A stretch of DNA of 64,000 nucleotides from an uncultured Pelagibacteraceae bacterium (GTDB taxonomy: Bacteria > Pseudomonadota > Alphaproteobacteria > Pelagibacterales > Pelagibacteraceae), in NCBI GenBank assembly GCA_902523495.1, contig CABYZU010000003.1:1036-65035 (forward strand), read 5' to 3'. How positions within the stretch are numbered: position 1 is the first letter of the stretch; the number at the start of each line of letters is the position of its first letter. The notes under the pieces were generated by a model that saw only the letters and a program-made list of their open reading frames with translations, did not search any database and was not told the origin of the DNA. The translations under genes were made by a program, and so were the position numbers. Shown in pieces: positions 1-11,149 of the stretch.

Positions 1-524
1 CGTCTTATGGTCATGGAATTACTACCACAATTTTACAGCTAGCAAATGCATATGCAATTTTAGGTAATGGTGGTTATAAAATTAATCCTACGCTTATAAA
101 AAAAAAATCTTATCTTAAAAAAGAAAGAATCTTAAAAAAAGATATTTCAAAAAATCTTATTCAAATTTTGAGAAAAATTGTAACTACTAAAGAGGGAACA
201 GCATCTTTAGCTAACGTTAGTGGTTATGAAGTAAGTGGAAAAACAGGCACAGCAGAAAAAATTAAAGATGGTAGTTACTCTAGAAAAAAAATTAATACTT
301 TTGCATCTATATTTCCAGCTTCAAATCCAAAATTTAGTCTAGTTGTTATGCTAGATGAGCCCAAAATAAATAGTGATTACATTTATCATTACAGGGATGG
401 GTCAGGTATAAAGTATAAAGGTACTCCATTTAATACTGCCGGATGGACTGCAGTTGAAGTTGCAGGTCAAATTATAGAAAAAATTGGGCCTATTTTAGCC
501 ACAAAATATATACAAGTTTATTAA
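1..524 (+). CDS. ftsI: Penicillin-binding protein 3 (FtsI), C-terminal part, truncated by window start
   Basis: Frame open from position 3 (SYGHGITTTILQLANAY...), with the transpeptidase KTG motif (GKTGTAEK); directly upstream of murE in a dcw cluster. Confidence 0.9.
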   Translation, partial: SYGHGITTTILQLANAYAILGNGGYKINPTLIKKKSYLKKERILKKDISKNLIQILRKIVTTKEGTASLANVSGYEVSGKTGTAEKIKDGSYSRKKINTFASIFPASNPKFSLVVMLDEPKINSDYIYHYRDGSGIKYKGTPFNTAGWTAVEVAGQIIEKIGPILATKYIQVY

Positions 525-526
525 TA

Positions 527-3370
527 ATGCTTCTTGGTGATTATTTTAAAAATATAAACAAAAATTATAAAAATTTTTTTTTTTCAGGCATTTCCTCTGA
601 AAGTACAAAAATAAAAAAAGATCATATTTTTTTTGCTATTAAAGGTAACGTTATTGACGGAAATAAGTTCATACCTATCGCGATTAAAAAAGGTTCTAAA
701 ATTATTGTAACTGAAAAAAAAGTTAAGGAATTTAAAAAAGGAGTTTTATTTATCCACTCTAAAAATGTTAGAAAATTATTAGCTGATACAGTTTTTAAAA
801 TTTATAATAAAATACCTAAAAATATTATTGCAATTACTGGAACAAATGGAAAATCGTCAGTTGCAGATTTCTATTATCAAATATTGAGATTAAACAATAA
901 GAAAGTCGCTACAATTGGAACCTTGGGGGTTAGATCAGAGATGACTAGTTTTAATTTATCTAACACAACATCTGATCCTATCACATTAGGAAAATTACTA
1001 ACAAGGCTTAAAAATAATAAAATTGAAAATGTTATAATGGAGGCTTCCAGTCATGGACTTGAGCAAAATAGATTGGATGGTTTAAAATTTAATTCAGGAA
1101 TATTTACTAATTTTTCTCACGATCACCTTGACTATCATAAAAATCTTAAGAATTATTTAAGAGCAAAACTTTATTTGTTTAAAAATTTGATTAAAGAGCG
1201 AGGGATTATAGTATCAGATCGATCAATACCAGAATTTAAAGAAATAAAAAAAATTGCTTTCAATAAAAAATTAAAATTATACTCAATACTAGATGATAAA
1301 AATAATTTTAAAATTTTATCCCATAATTTTTTAGGTGAATCTCAATTTCTTAAAATTAAATGTAAAAATCGTATTTTAAATATTAAATTAAATCTAATTG
1401 GTAAAATCCAATTAAAAAATGTTTTAATGGCAATCATTGCTGCAAGCAATCATAATTTAAATTTACGCAAAATTTTTAATATAATTCCAAAACTTAAGCC
1501 AATTGAGGGTAGATTGGAAAAGATTGGTAAAATTAAGAATAAATCTAAAGTAATTCTTGATTACGCACATACACCTGAAGCTTTGAAAGTATCTCTTTTA
1601 AATTTAAGAGAACAATTCCCAAATAAAAAATTAATATTATTATTTGGTTGTGGTGGAAATAGAGATAAAAATAAAAGATCAAAAATGGGTAAAATAGCCT
1701 GCACATACTCTGATAAGATTTATCTTACCGACGATAATCCAAGATACGAAAATCCCAAAAAGATTAGAAGTGAAATAAAAAAAGGGATCAAAAAAACTAA
1801 AGTTATAGAAATTTCCAATAGGGCAAGAGCTATAACAGAATCTATTAAGGATTTAAAAACAGGTAATATCTTGTTAGTTACAGGAAAGGGTCATGAAAAA
1901 AGTCAGGATTTCGGAGATAAAAAAATTTATTTTTCGGATAGAAAAATTATTTTGGACGAAATTAGAATTAAAAATAAAAATTTATTAAGGAGTTTTAAGC
2001 TAAATGTGATTAAAGAAGTTTCAGGTAAAAAGAAATTACCTATGTCATTAAAGTTTAAAAGTGCAAGAATAGACTCTAGAGAAATCTTAAATAATGATAT
2101 TTTTTTTGCGATAAAAGGAAAAAAAAATGATGGTAATAAATTTGTTGCCCAATCTTTTAAAAAAAAAGCTTCATTAGCAATTGTAAATAAAATTCAAAAT
2201 AAACTTAAAATTGATAGACAAATTAAAGTAAAGAATACATTAAAGTTTTTGACTGATACTTCAAAGACTTTCAGGGAAAATATTGATACGAAAATTATAG
2301 GCATCACTGGTAGTTGTGGAAAAACATCACTTAAAGAGTTATTAGGTGATGTATTAGGAAAAATTTCCAAGGTAGGTATTTCACCAAAATCATATAATAA
2401 TAAATATGGAGTACCTCTAAGTCTTTTAAACTTAAAAGAAAGAGACAAATATGGAATTTTAGAGGTAGGTATGGATAAAAAAGGAGAAATTGACTATTTA
2501 TCAAAAATCATAAAACCAGATATTGGCGTAATCACAAATATAAATTACGCACATGCAAAAAATTTTAAAAATTTAAAAGAAATTGCTCTAGCAAAATCGG
2601 AGATAATTAAGAATATTAGACCTAATGGTTTTATTGTATTAAATGCTGATGATAATTTTTTTAGATTACATACAAAAATCGCTATTAGAAATAAAGTAAA
2701 AGTGATTTCTTTTGGTATTAATAGTATTAGATCAAATATAAAATTGATTAATATCAAGAAAATTGGAAAAAAATATTTAGCAAAGATTAAGTTGGGAAAT
2801 AAAAAAAAATATTTTTTTCTATCAAATAATTTTAAAAATAATATTTATAATATAATTTGTTCTTTAGCTGTATTAAACATATATGAAGACATTTTCAGGT
2901 TATCTATAAATACCTTTTCAAATTTCAAAACTCCAGGTGGAAGAGGAGACTATTCTAAGATTAAAGTATATAATAAAAAGATAAATCTAATCGATGAAAG
3001 TTATAATTCAAATCCTTTATCATTAAAATCAGCAATAGAAAATTACCATAAGATTGACACAAAAAAATCACAAAAGATTTTATTACTTGGTGATATGTTA
3101 GAACTAGGAAAACATTCTAAAAAACTTCATCAATTTATCGCCCCACTAGTTAATAAAACTAATATTGATAAAGTATACGTTAAAGGAAAAATGGTATCTT
3201 TAATATTTGAAAAATTTCAAAAAAATAAAAAAGGAAAAATTTTAATAAAAAAACAGGAAATTATTGAAATGATAAGAAAAAATTTAAATAATAATGATTA
3301 TTTAATGGTTAAAGCTTCAAATGCAACAGGATTAAATAAAATAGTAGAAAATTTAAAGGGAAATTACTAA
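527..3370 (+). CDS. murE: Bifunctional MurE-MurF fusion ligase
   Basis: One 947-aa ORF with two Mur-ligase P-loops (ITGTNGKSS; ITGSCGKTS), MurE motifs EASSHGL, DYAHTP, DDNPR (meso-DAP specificity) and MurF motifs DESYNSNP, LGDMLELG. Confidence 0.93.
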   Translation: MLLGDYFKNINKNYKNFFFSGISSESTKIKKDHIFFAIKGNVIDGNKFIPIAIKKGSKIIVTEKKVKEFKKGVLFIHSKNVRKLLADTVFKIYNKIPKNIIAITGTNGKSSVADFYYQILRLNNKKVATIGTLGVRSEMTSFNLSNTTSDPITLGKLLTRLKNNKIENVIMEASSHGLEQNRLDGLKFNSGIFTNFSHDHLDYHKNLKNYLRAKLYLFKNLIKERGIIVSDRSIPEFKEIKKIAFNKKLKLYSILDDKNNFKILSHNFLGESQFLKIKCKNRILNIKLNLIGKIQLKNVLMAIIAASNHNLNLRKIFNIIPKLKPIEGRLEKIGKIKNKSKVILDYAHTPEALKVSLLNLREQFPNKKLILLFGCGGNRDKNKRSKMGKIACTYSDKIYLTDDNPRYENPKKIRSEIKKGIKKTKVIEISNRARAITESIKDLKTGNILLVTGKGHEKSQDFGDKKIYFSDRKIILDEIRIKNKNLLRSFKLNVIKEVSGKKKLPMSLKFKSARIDSREILNNDIFFAIKGKKNDGNKFVAQSFKKKASLAIVNKIQNKLKIDRQIKVKNTLKFLTDTSKTFRENIDTKIIGITGSCGKTSLKELLGDVLGKISKVGISPKSYNNKYGVPLSLLNLKERDKYGILEVGMDKKGEIDYLSKIIKPDIGVITNINYAHAKNFKNLKEIALAKSEIIKNIRPNGFIVLNADDNFFRLHTKIAIRNKVKVISFGINSIRSNIKLINIKKIGKKYLAKIKLGNKKKYFFLSNNFKNNIYNIICSLAVLNIYEDIFRLSINTFSNFKTPGGRGDYSKIKVYNKKINLIDESYNSNPLSLKSAIENYHKIDTKKSQKILLLGDMLELGKHSKKLHQFIAPLVNKTNIDKVYVKGKMVSLIFEKFQKNKKGKILIKKQEIIEMIRKNLNNNDYLMVKASNATGLNKIVENLKGNY

Positions 3371-4456
3371 ATGTTTTACCAGTTTTTGTTAAATTTTGTT
3401 GATACATTTAGCTTTTTAAATGTTTTTAAATACTTAACTTTTAGAACCGGGTTATCTTTTTTCACTTCACTGGTTATAGTTTTAATTATTGGAGGTCCTT
3501 TTATAAAATTTTTTTCAAAACAGAAAATTTTAAATCCTATAAGGAATGATGGGCCAGAAGATCATATAATAAAGAAAATCGGTACCCCGACTATGGGTGG
3601 AGTGATTATTTTGTTTGGGCTTTTAATATCAGTAATCTCTTGGGCAGATTTAAAAAATGTCAATATTTTGTTTTGTATTTACATCGCAATTTCATTCGGA
3701 TTACTTGGAGCACTGGATGACTATAAAAAAATAAAATATAGTAATTCCCAAGGAATTTCCTTAAAATTGAAATTAACTTTACAAATAATATTAGCAATTA
3801 TTGGTGTAAGTTTTTTTGTTTATTTAAATGAAAATCAAGATTTGACTAATTTATATTTTCCTTTTTTTAAAAACCTAGTCATAAATCTTGGTTGGTTTTT
3901 TGTACCTTTTTCGATATTTGTAATCATAGGTTCATCTAATGCCGTGAATCTCACCGATGGATTAGATGGTTTAGCAACAGTCCCGGTTATATTAGTTGCA
4001 GCCTGTTTTGCTTTTATAAGTTATGTCACTGGGAATATTGTATTTTCTAATTATTTACAAATTCCATATATTGAGGGTACTGGTGAAATTTCAATTTTTT
4101 GTGGTGCGATAATAGGATCTTGTTTGGGTTTTTTATGGTTTAACGCTCCACCCGCTAAAATCTTTATGGGTGACACTGGATCTTTATCTCTTGGTGGTTC
4201 ATTAGGAGCCATTGGAATCATTACAAAACATGAAATAGTTTTAGCAATCACTGGAGGTTTATTTGTTTTAGAAGCCGTTTCAGTAATAGTTCAAGTTATT
4301 TCTTACAAACTTACCGGAAAAAGAGTTTTTAAAATGGCTCCAATCCATCATCATTTTGAAAAAAAAGGTTGGCCAGAGTCTACAGTTGTAATTCGATTTT
4401 GGATAATATCTATCATTTTAGCTATGATAGGATTAGCTACTTTAAAATTAAGATAA
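3371..4456 (+). CDS. mraY: Phospho-N-acetylmuramoyl-pentapeptide transferase
   Basis: KIGTPTMGG, NAVNLTDGLDGL, FMGDTGS and MAPIHHHFE motifs; multi-TM. Confidence 0.97.
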   Translation: MFYQFLLNFVDTFSFLNVFKYLTFRTGLSFFTSLVIVLIIGGPFIKFFSKQKILNPIRNDGPEDHIIKKIGTPTMGGVIILFGLLISVISWADLKNVNILFCIYIAISFGLLGALDDYKKIKYSNSQGISLKLKLTLQIILAIIGVSFFVYLNENQDLTNLYFPFFKNLVINLGWFFVPFSIFVIIGSSNAVNLTDGLDGLATVPVILVAACFAFISYVTGNIVFSNYLQIPYIEGTGEISIFCGAIIGSCLGFLWFNAPPAKIFMGDTGSLSLGGSLGAIGIITKHEIVLAITGGLFVLEAVSVIVQVISYKLTGKRVFKMAPIHHHFEKKGWPESTVVIRFWIISIILAMIGLATLKLR

Positions 4457-5767
4457 TGAATTTAAATTCAAAAATTTTTTTTAATAAAAAAATTTTGGTT
4501 TATGGTCTTGGCAAAACTGGTTTATCGTCTTTTAATTTTTTAAAAAATAAAAATGACGTATATCTATTTGATGATAATTTAAAATTAAAATTTACAAGGA
4601 CAATCAAAAGAAAAATTATTTCACTAAAAAAACTATTGAAGTTAAAATTTGATCTAATAATTATAAGTCCAGGAATTGACGCTAACAACTGTAAATTGAA
4701 GCATCTATTAAAAAAATATAATCAAAATATCTATACTGATTTAGATATATTTTACTCATCACATAGAAATAAATGTATTACAGTTACGGGCACAAATGGA
4801 AAATCTACAACTTGTAAACTTTTATACGATATTTTAAAAGATCAAAAGATTGATGTTAAATTAGTTGGAAATATTGGTACTCCAATACTATTGAAAAAAA
4901 AAATATCAAAAAAAACTATTTTTGTAATTGAGGCATCATCTTATCAATTAGAATATAGCAAAATCTTTAATTCAAAGTATGCAGTAATTTTAAATATTTC
5001 ATCAGATCATCTAGAAAGACATGGCAATTTAAAGAATTATATTTCTGCAAAATTTAAGCTTTTAAAAAATCAAAAAAAAGGATCTAAAAGTTTTATAAAT
5101 AAAAATGATAAATTAATTCAAAATAAGATAAGGAAAATTTCATATAAATCCAAAATTAAAAATATTGACTTAAAAGTTAATAAAGTTTTAAAAAAAAAAA
5201 ATTACTAACAAGTATTTTTTATCAGGAACAAATTTAGCAAATTTATCATTTGTTCTGGAAATCATTAAAAATTTTCGTATTAAAAAAGATATTTTAATTA
5301 AAAGTATTAATAAATTTAAAGGACTAGATTACAGACAGCAGATAATTTACAGAAAAAATCAGTTAATAATCATAAATGATTCAAAATCTACAAGTTATTC
5401 ATCCTCAGAAAATCTGCTGAAAACATATGATAATATACATTGGCTAATAGGAGGTATCCCAAAGAAAAAAGATAAATTAAATTTACCTAATAAATATTTT
5501 AAGAATATTCGAGTTTATGTTTTTGGAAAAAATTATAAAAAATTTCTCAATGATCTAAGTGATAAAGTTAGATTGAAAAGATTTAAAAACCTAAAAAGTG
5601 CGCTAGATGCTGCGATTATTAATGTCAAGAAAAACAAATTTATAAAAAATACTATTTTATTTAGTCCTGCATCAGCGTCATTTGACACTTTTAAAAATTT
5701 TGAAGATAGAGGTTTATATTTTAATGGATTAATTAAAAGATACAAAAATGAGAGAAAAATTTTTTAA
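4456..5767 (+). CDS. murD: UDP-MurNAc-L-Ala:D-Glu ligase, interrupted by a +1 frameshift in an A12 run (5190-5201), probably a sequencing error
   Basis: Start in a TAATG overlap with mraY; GLGKTG, ISPGI, TGTNGKSTT; after the A-run the shifted frame gives FKGLDYRQQ, INDSKSTS and LFSPASASFD to the stop at 5767. Confidence 0.9.
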
Positions 5768-6869
5768 TCATATTTCCTACTATCAATGGTGGAAAAGTAT
5801 AGATAAGTTTATTTTATCGTTAATATTATTATTATTTTTTGTAGGTTTATTTTTTTCACTTGTTTCAACATCATTAATCGCTTCAGATAAGCTGGATACT
5901 AATACCTATTTTTTTTTTTTTAAACATACTTTTTTTGTAACATGTGGTTTTTTTTTAATTTTTTTTTTATCATATGTTTCTGAAAAAAATCTTTATAGAA
6001 TATCGATTGCGATATTTGGTTTCTCTTTATTATTACTATTTTTAGTCCCTTTAATTGGAGTAGAGATAAAAGGCTCAAAGAGGTGGATAGATTTATATTT
6101 TTTGCCAAGAATTCAGCCAATAGAGTTTGTTAAACCATTCCTAATAGTAATATTAAGTTTAATAATTTCTTCTCAAAAATATTCAAACCTAAGTTTGAAA
6201 CACACACTATCATTTTTTATTACAGCTTTTATTGTCAGTTTGCTTATACTCCAGCCTGACATTGGACAAACACTTCTTATTAGTCTTAGCTGGTTAATTT
6301 TGGTTTTTATTTCTGGAATAAATTTATTTTTTCTTATTTCTATTTTTTTTATTTTACTGATTGGATTGTTATTAATGGTAATTTATATTCCTCGCTTTGA
6401 GTATATAAAAAATAGGTTATTTTCTTTTTTTGATCCAGAAACTGGCACTTATAATTTTCAATCTGATAAGGCTTTAGAATCTATAGTGAGCGGGGGTTTT
6501 TTTGGAAAAGGAATTGGAGAGGGCACATTAAAAAACAGAGTACCAGAGGCCCACACTGATTATATAATATCTGTGATTTCAGAAGAATTTGGAGTTATTT
6601 TCATAATGTTAATTTTATTAATTTTTTTGATACTTTTGATTTCGGTCTTGAGAAAAGTTTATGATGAAAAAAACGGGAAAAGCAAACTGATATTAACAGG
6701 CTTAGTAAGTTTAATATTAATACAGGTAATGATACATGTTGGAGTTAATATACGATTATTTCCAACAACAGGCATGACACTACCATTTTTAAGTTATGGT
6801 GGCTCTTCAATAATAAGTGTTTCGATTATTTCAGGGATAATTTTAAACTTAACAAAAAGAAAATTATAA
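5748..6869 (+). CDS. ftsW: SEDS peptidoglycan polymerase FtsW
   Basis: GSKRWI, IQPIEFVK, QPDIG, PEAHTD, PFLSYGGSS; dcw position. Confidence 0.95.
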   Translation: MREKFFNHISYYQWWKSIDKFILSLILLLFFVGLFFSLVSTSLIASDKLDTNTYFFFFKHTFFVTCGFFLIFFLSYVSEKNLYRISIAIFGFSLLLLFLVPLIGVEIKGSKRWIDLYFLPRIQPIEFVKPFLIVILSLIISSQKYSNLSLKHTLSFFITAFIVSLLILQPDIGQTLLISLSWLILVFISGINLFFLISIFFILLIGLLLMVIYIPRFEYIKNRLFSFFDPETGTYNFQSDKALESIVSGGFFGKGIGEGTLKNRVPEAHTDYIISVISEEFGVIFIMLILLIFLILLISVLRKVYDEKNGKSKLILTGLVSLILIQVMIHVGVNIRLFPTTGMTLPFLSYGGSSIISVSIISGIILNLTKRKL

Positions 6870-6873
6870 TTTT

Positions 6874-7941
6874 ATGAAAAAAAATATTTTAATTTCAACA
6901 GGTGGCACAGGGGGGCATGTAGTGCCAGCAGAAGTATTGAATGAACATTTAAAGCAGGAGTTCAATGTCTATATTTCTACTGATCTCAGAGGATTGAAAT
7001 ACTTAAATAAAGAAATTACAGATATAATTTTAATTGACACCCCTAAATTAAATTTAGATTTTTTAATTTTTTTCAAGTTTTTTAAGGTTGTTTATCTCAT
7101 ATTCAAATCTTATTTATTTCTTAAAAATAAAAAAATAGGGAAAGTTTTATCTACCGGTGGTTACATGTCATTACCAATTTGTATAAGTGCAAAACTTTTA
7201 AAATTAGAAATATATCTTCTTGAACCTAACGTTGTTCTGGGTAGGGCTAACAAATTTTTTTTAAAATTTTGTAAAAAAATTTTTTCTTACAACAAAAAAT
7301 TAAAAAATTTTCCAAATGAATATCTTTATAAAATTAAAATTATCCCACCACTAGTAAGAAAAAAATTCTTTGAGAATAACCAACTAAATATTGAAAATGA
7401 AAAATTTTGTTGTTTAGTTGTTGGAGGTAGTCAAGGATCTAAAATTTTTGATAATATAATTCAAGATGTGATAATTAGTTTATCGAAAATTCATAGAATA
7501 AAGATTATTCAACAAACAAAGCAAAGCAATATCGAAAACTTAAAAAAAGTTTATGAAGATGTAAATATTGAAAACGTTATTTTTGATTTTAGAGAAAATT
7601 TTGTTGATTTGATTAAAGAGTCTGATTTATGTATTACTAGAGCAGGAGCAACCACTTTGGCTGAGATATCAACGATGAACAAACCTTTTCTAGCGGTACC
7701 CTTAAAATCCTCAAAAGATAATCACCAACATGAGAATGCTACTTTTTACGAAAATTTAAATTGTTGTTGGGTTATAAGCCAAAAGAATTTTGATAAGACG
7801 AATTTGGAAAGATTTTTAAAGGATATCCTAAGGGATAAAACAGAATACTCTATCAAAAAAAATAATTTGAAAAAATTAAATTTTCAAAATACCTGGAATG
7901 ATGTAAATCAAAAATTATTGGACACAATAAATGAAAATTGA
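6874..7941 (+). CDS. murG: Undecaprenyl-PP-MurNAc-pentapeptide GlcNAc transferase
   Basis: GGTGGHV, GGSQG, RAGATT, HQHENA. Confidence 0.95.
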   Translation: MKKNILISTGGTGGHVVPAEVLNEHLKQEFNVYISTDLRGLKYLNKEITDIILIDTPKLNLDFLIFFKFFKVVYLIFKSYLFLKNKKIGKVLSTGGYMSLPICISAKLLKLEIYLLEPNVVLGRANKFFLKFCKKIFSYNKKLKNFPNEYLYKIKIIPPLVRKKFFENNQLNIENEKFCCLVVGGSQGSKIFDNIIQDVIISLSKIHRIKIIQQTKQSNIENLKKVYEDVNIENVIFDFRENFVDLIKESDLCITRAGATTLAEISTMNKPFLAVPLKSSKDNHQHENATFYENLNCCWVISQKNFDKTNLERFLKDILRDKTEYSIKKNNLKKLNFQNTWNDVNQKLLDTINEN

Positions 7942-9325
7942 ATTAGCTAAAAAAGAAACTATCCATTTTATTGGAATAGGTGGAATAGGTATGAGCGGCC
8001 TTTCTTTAATTATGAAAGCTAGGGGATTTAAAGTTCAAGGTAGCGATATTGTTATAAATAAGAATATCGAAAAATTGAAAAAACAAAATATAAAAATTTT
8101 TTTAGGTCACAAAAAACAAAATATTAAAGATGTTACAATTGTTGTTATTTCCTCAGCGATAAAAAAAAATAATCCAGAGTTTATTGAAGCTCGAAGAAAA
8201 AAATTACCAATAATTAAGCGTGGAAAAATGTTAGCGAACCTTGTTTCTTTCATGAAAAATATTGTTGTAGTTGGCTCTCATGGCAAAACAACAACAACAT
8301 CTTTAGTAAGCTCAATTTTTGAAAAAACTAAATTAGATCCAACAGTTATTAATGGAGGTATAATAAATTCAATTAGTAGCACTGCAAAACTTGGTAAAAG
8401 TGATTGGTCAATTTTAGAGGCAGACGAGTCAGATGGAAGTTTTGTACATATTTCCCCAACATACTCAATTCTTACTAATATAGATCGAGAACACATGGAT
8501 TTTTATAAATCTATGAAGGATATGAAGAAATATTTTTTGAAATTTATTCAAAAAGTTCCGTCATTTGGAAAGTCTTTCATTTGTATTGATGATCGAATAA
8601 ATAATGAGTTGATAAAAGAAATAAAAAATAAAAATTTTTATACTTATGGTGTAAAATCAAATGCTAACTTTCTGATTAAAAATATTTATCAAACAGAACG
8701 ATACTCAAAATTTGATTTATCGTTAAGTCTACCAAATAAAAAGAAATTAGTTTTAAAAAATTTTAAAATCCCTTTATTGGGTATTCACAACATAAGAAAC
8801 TCGACAGCAGCAATTGCAGTAGCTTTTATATTAGGAATTTCAACCTCAAATATTAAAAAGGGATTAATCAATTTTAAGGGGGTTCAAAGAAGATTTAACA
8901 AGATATTTTCATATAATGGAATTGATTTTTTTGATGATTATGCACACCATCCAACAGAAATAGAATCTGTTTTAGAGGGTGTAAAAGCTGTTTATGGCAA
9001 ACATGAAAAAGTATGTATTTTCCAGCCTCATAGAATTTCAAGATTAAAGGATTTAAGAAAAGAATTCTCTTATTCATTTAAAAATGCCGATACAGTTATC
9101 CTTTGTCCCATTTACACGGCAGGAGAAAAAATAAAATTGGGATTTAGTTATTATGATTTTGCCAAAGAAATTGTAAAAAATTCTAACGTAAAATTATTTA
9201 TGGTCAATAATAACATTCAATTGGCAAAATTTATTAAAAAAAATATTTACGGTAATAAAATAGTAATTGGTATGGGTGCTGGTTCAATTTCAACCTGGAT
9301 TAAAAATTTACCTAAAGTGATGTAA
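7931..9325 (+). CDS. murC: UDP-MurNAc:L-Ala ligase
   Basis: FIGIGGIGMSG, GSHGKTTTTS, EADESD, DDYAHHPTE. Confidence 0.97.
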   Translation: MKIELAKKETIHFIGIGGIGMSGLSLIMKARGFKVQGSDIVINKNIEKLKKQNIKIFLGHKKQNIKDVTIVVISSAIKKNNPEFIEARRKKLPIIKRGKMLANLVSFMKNIVVVGSHGKTTTTSLVSSIFEKTKLDPTVINGGIINSISSTAKLGKSDWSILEADESDGSFVHISPTYSILTNIDREHMDFYKSMKDMKKYFLKFIQKVPSFGKSFICIDDRINNELIKEIKNKNFYTYGVKSNANFLIKNIYQTERYSKFDLSLSLPNKKKLVLKNFKIPLLGIHNIRNSTAAIAVAFILGISTSNIKKGLINFKGVQRRFNKIFSYNGIDFFDDYAHHPTEIESVLEGVKAVYGKHEKVCIFQPHRISRLKDLRKEFSYSFKNADTVILCPIYTAGEKIKLGFSYYDFAKEIVKNSNVKLFMVNNNIQLAKFIKKNIYGNKIVIGMGAGSISTWIKNLPKVM

Positions 9326-10233
9326 TGCAAAAAAATCAATTAAAAAAATTGTTAAATGATTTAGGAAATAATGTAATTTTTGATCAAGATTTAAAAAAAA
9401 AAAATTGGTTTAATATTGGTGGCAAATCAAAAGTTTTTTATAAAGCAGATAATTTAAAGAATTTAGTAAGATTTTTAAAATTATTAAATAATCAAGAAAA
9501 AATTTTTGTAATTGGAGCAGGTTCAAATACGCTGATATCAGATAAATTTTTTGATGGTGTTGTTATTAAATTAAGTAAAAACTTTAGTAGGACCTCTTTG
9601 TTAAGGGAAGATGTAATTGTCTCAGGAAGTGCGGTACAAGATGGTAATTTATCGACTTTTGCCGCTGAAAATCATTTAAGCGGATTTGAATTTTTATCAT
9701 GTATTCCTGGTACTGTTGGTGGTGGGATTAAAATGAATGCTGGCTGTTTTGGTAATGAATTTAAAGATATTCTGTTATCAATTCAAGCAATTGATTATAA
9801 GGGCAACCTGATCACGATACCCTCAAAAAAAATTAATTTTGAATATAGGAATAACGATATTCCTGAGAATTTAATATTTTTAAGTGCCTCATTTAAAGGA
9901 GTAAAAAGTAATTTTCAAAAGATAAAGAGTCAAATACTAAAGATGAAAACTCAAAAAGAAAAAAATCAACCAACTAAAATAAAAACAAGTGGAAGTACTT
10001 TTAAAAATCCAATTAATCAATCAAACAAAAAAGTTTGGGAATTGATAAGAGAATCAGTTTCAATAGAGACAAATTTTGGGGATGCACACATTTCTAACAA
10101 ACATTCGAATTTTTTTGTTAACAAAGGAAATGCTACTTTTAAAGATATGAAAAAACTTATCGATTTTGTATCTGATAAAGTTTTTGAGAAAACTGGTGTA
10201 AAACTGGACAAAGAAATTAAAATATTGGAATAA
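9325..10233 (+). CDS. murB: UDP-N-acetylenolpyruvoylglucosamine reductase
   Basis: GAGSNTL, IPGTVGG..MNAG, GSTFKNP. Confidence 0.96.
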   Translation: MQKNQLKKLLNDLGNNVIFDQDLKKKNWFNIGGKSKVFYKADNLKNLVRFLKLLNNQEKIFVIGAGSNTLISDKFFDGVVIKLSKNFSRTSLLREDVIVSGSAVQDGNLSTFAAENHLSGFEFLSCIPGTVGGGIKMNAGCFGNEFKDILLSIQAIDYKGNLITIPSKKINFEYRNNDIPENLIFLSASFKGVKSNFQKIKSQILKMKTQKEKNQPTKIKTSGSTFKNPINQSNKKVWELIRESVSIETNFGDAHISNKHSNFFVNKGNATFKDMKKLIDFVSDKVFEKTGVKLDKEIKILE

Positions 10234-10234
10234 C

Positions 10235-11149
10235 TTGAAAAAAAAAATTTTAATTATTTTGGGAGGTATTTCAAAAGAAAGATCTATAAGTTTGGATACT
10301 GGTAAACAAGTGGCCAATGAACTTAAAAAAAATGGTTACTTAGTAAAAACTTGCGAACCAAACAAGAATTTACTACTAGTTATTAAAGATTTTAAACCTC
10401 AAATCATTTTTAATGCATTGCACGGACAGTTTGGTGAAGATGGATACATTCAATCGATTTTAGAGACAATTGGAATTCCATACACTCATTCTGGGGTAAT
10501 TTCATCTGCTAAAGCAATGGATAAAGAAATATCTAAAAAAATTTTTACAAAGAATAAAATTTTAACACCAAAATATTTTCTATACTCTTTTGATAAATCA
10601 TATAAAAAGTTACTCGCATTAATAAATAAAAGATTAAGTTTTCCAGTTGTAGTTAAGCCTATAAATGAGGGCTCCAGCGTTAATGTTTTTATTTGTACAA
10701 GAAAAAATCTTTTAAGAAATTTAAAATTACTTAAAGATTACAATAGAATTCTAATAGAACAATTTATACCTGGCCGTGAAATACAAGCGGCAATAATTGG
10801 TAAAAAAAAACTAGGCGCGATTGAACTTAAACCAAAAAGAAAATTTTATGATTATCAAGCTAAATATAATTCGAAAGCTAAAACAAAGCATATAATACCA
10901 GTCGATTTATCAAAAAAGAATTATACAAAACTTATGAATATAACACTTAGAGCTCATAACTTATTAGGATGTAGAGGGGTAACAAGATCAGACTTTAAAT
11001 TTTATAAAGGAAAGTTTTACCTTTTAGAAATTAACACTCAGCCAGGAATGACAAAACTATCTTTAGTTCCGGAAATTTCAGCGTATACTGGTATTAATTT
11101 TATAAATTTAATTAAATTAATTTTAAACGATGCATCAATTAATAAGTAA
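10235..11149 (+). CDS. ddl: D-alanine--D-alanine ligase
   Basis: GGISKERSISL, ALHGQFGEDG, YDYQAKY, EINTQPGMT; TTG start. Confidence 0.96.
   Translation: MKKKILIILGGISKERSISLDTGKQVANELKKNGYLVKTCEPNKNLLLVIKDFKPQIIFNALHGQFGEDGYIQSILETIGIPYTHSGVISSAKAMDKEISKKIFTKNKILTPKYFLYSFDKSYKKLLALINKRLSFPVVVKPINEGSSVNVFICTRKNLLRNLKLLKDYNRILIEQFIPGREIQAAIIGKKKLGAIELKPKRKFYDYQAKYNSKAKTKHIIPVDLSKKNYTKLMNITLRAHNLLGCRGVTRSDFKFYKGKFYLLEINTQPGMTKLSLVPEISAYTGINFINLIKLILNDASINK

Noticed and set aside
4369-4455. Upstream TTG start for murD inside mraY
   Set aside because: The TAATG stop/start overlap at 4454-4458 gives a normal MurD N-terminus.
5573-5767. Separate 64-aa ORF (and likewise 36579-37682 as a separate gene)
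   Set aside because: These are the frameshifted C-terminal parts of murD and leuA.
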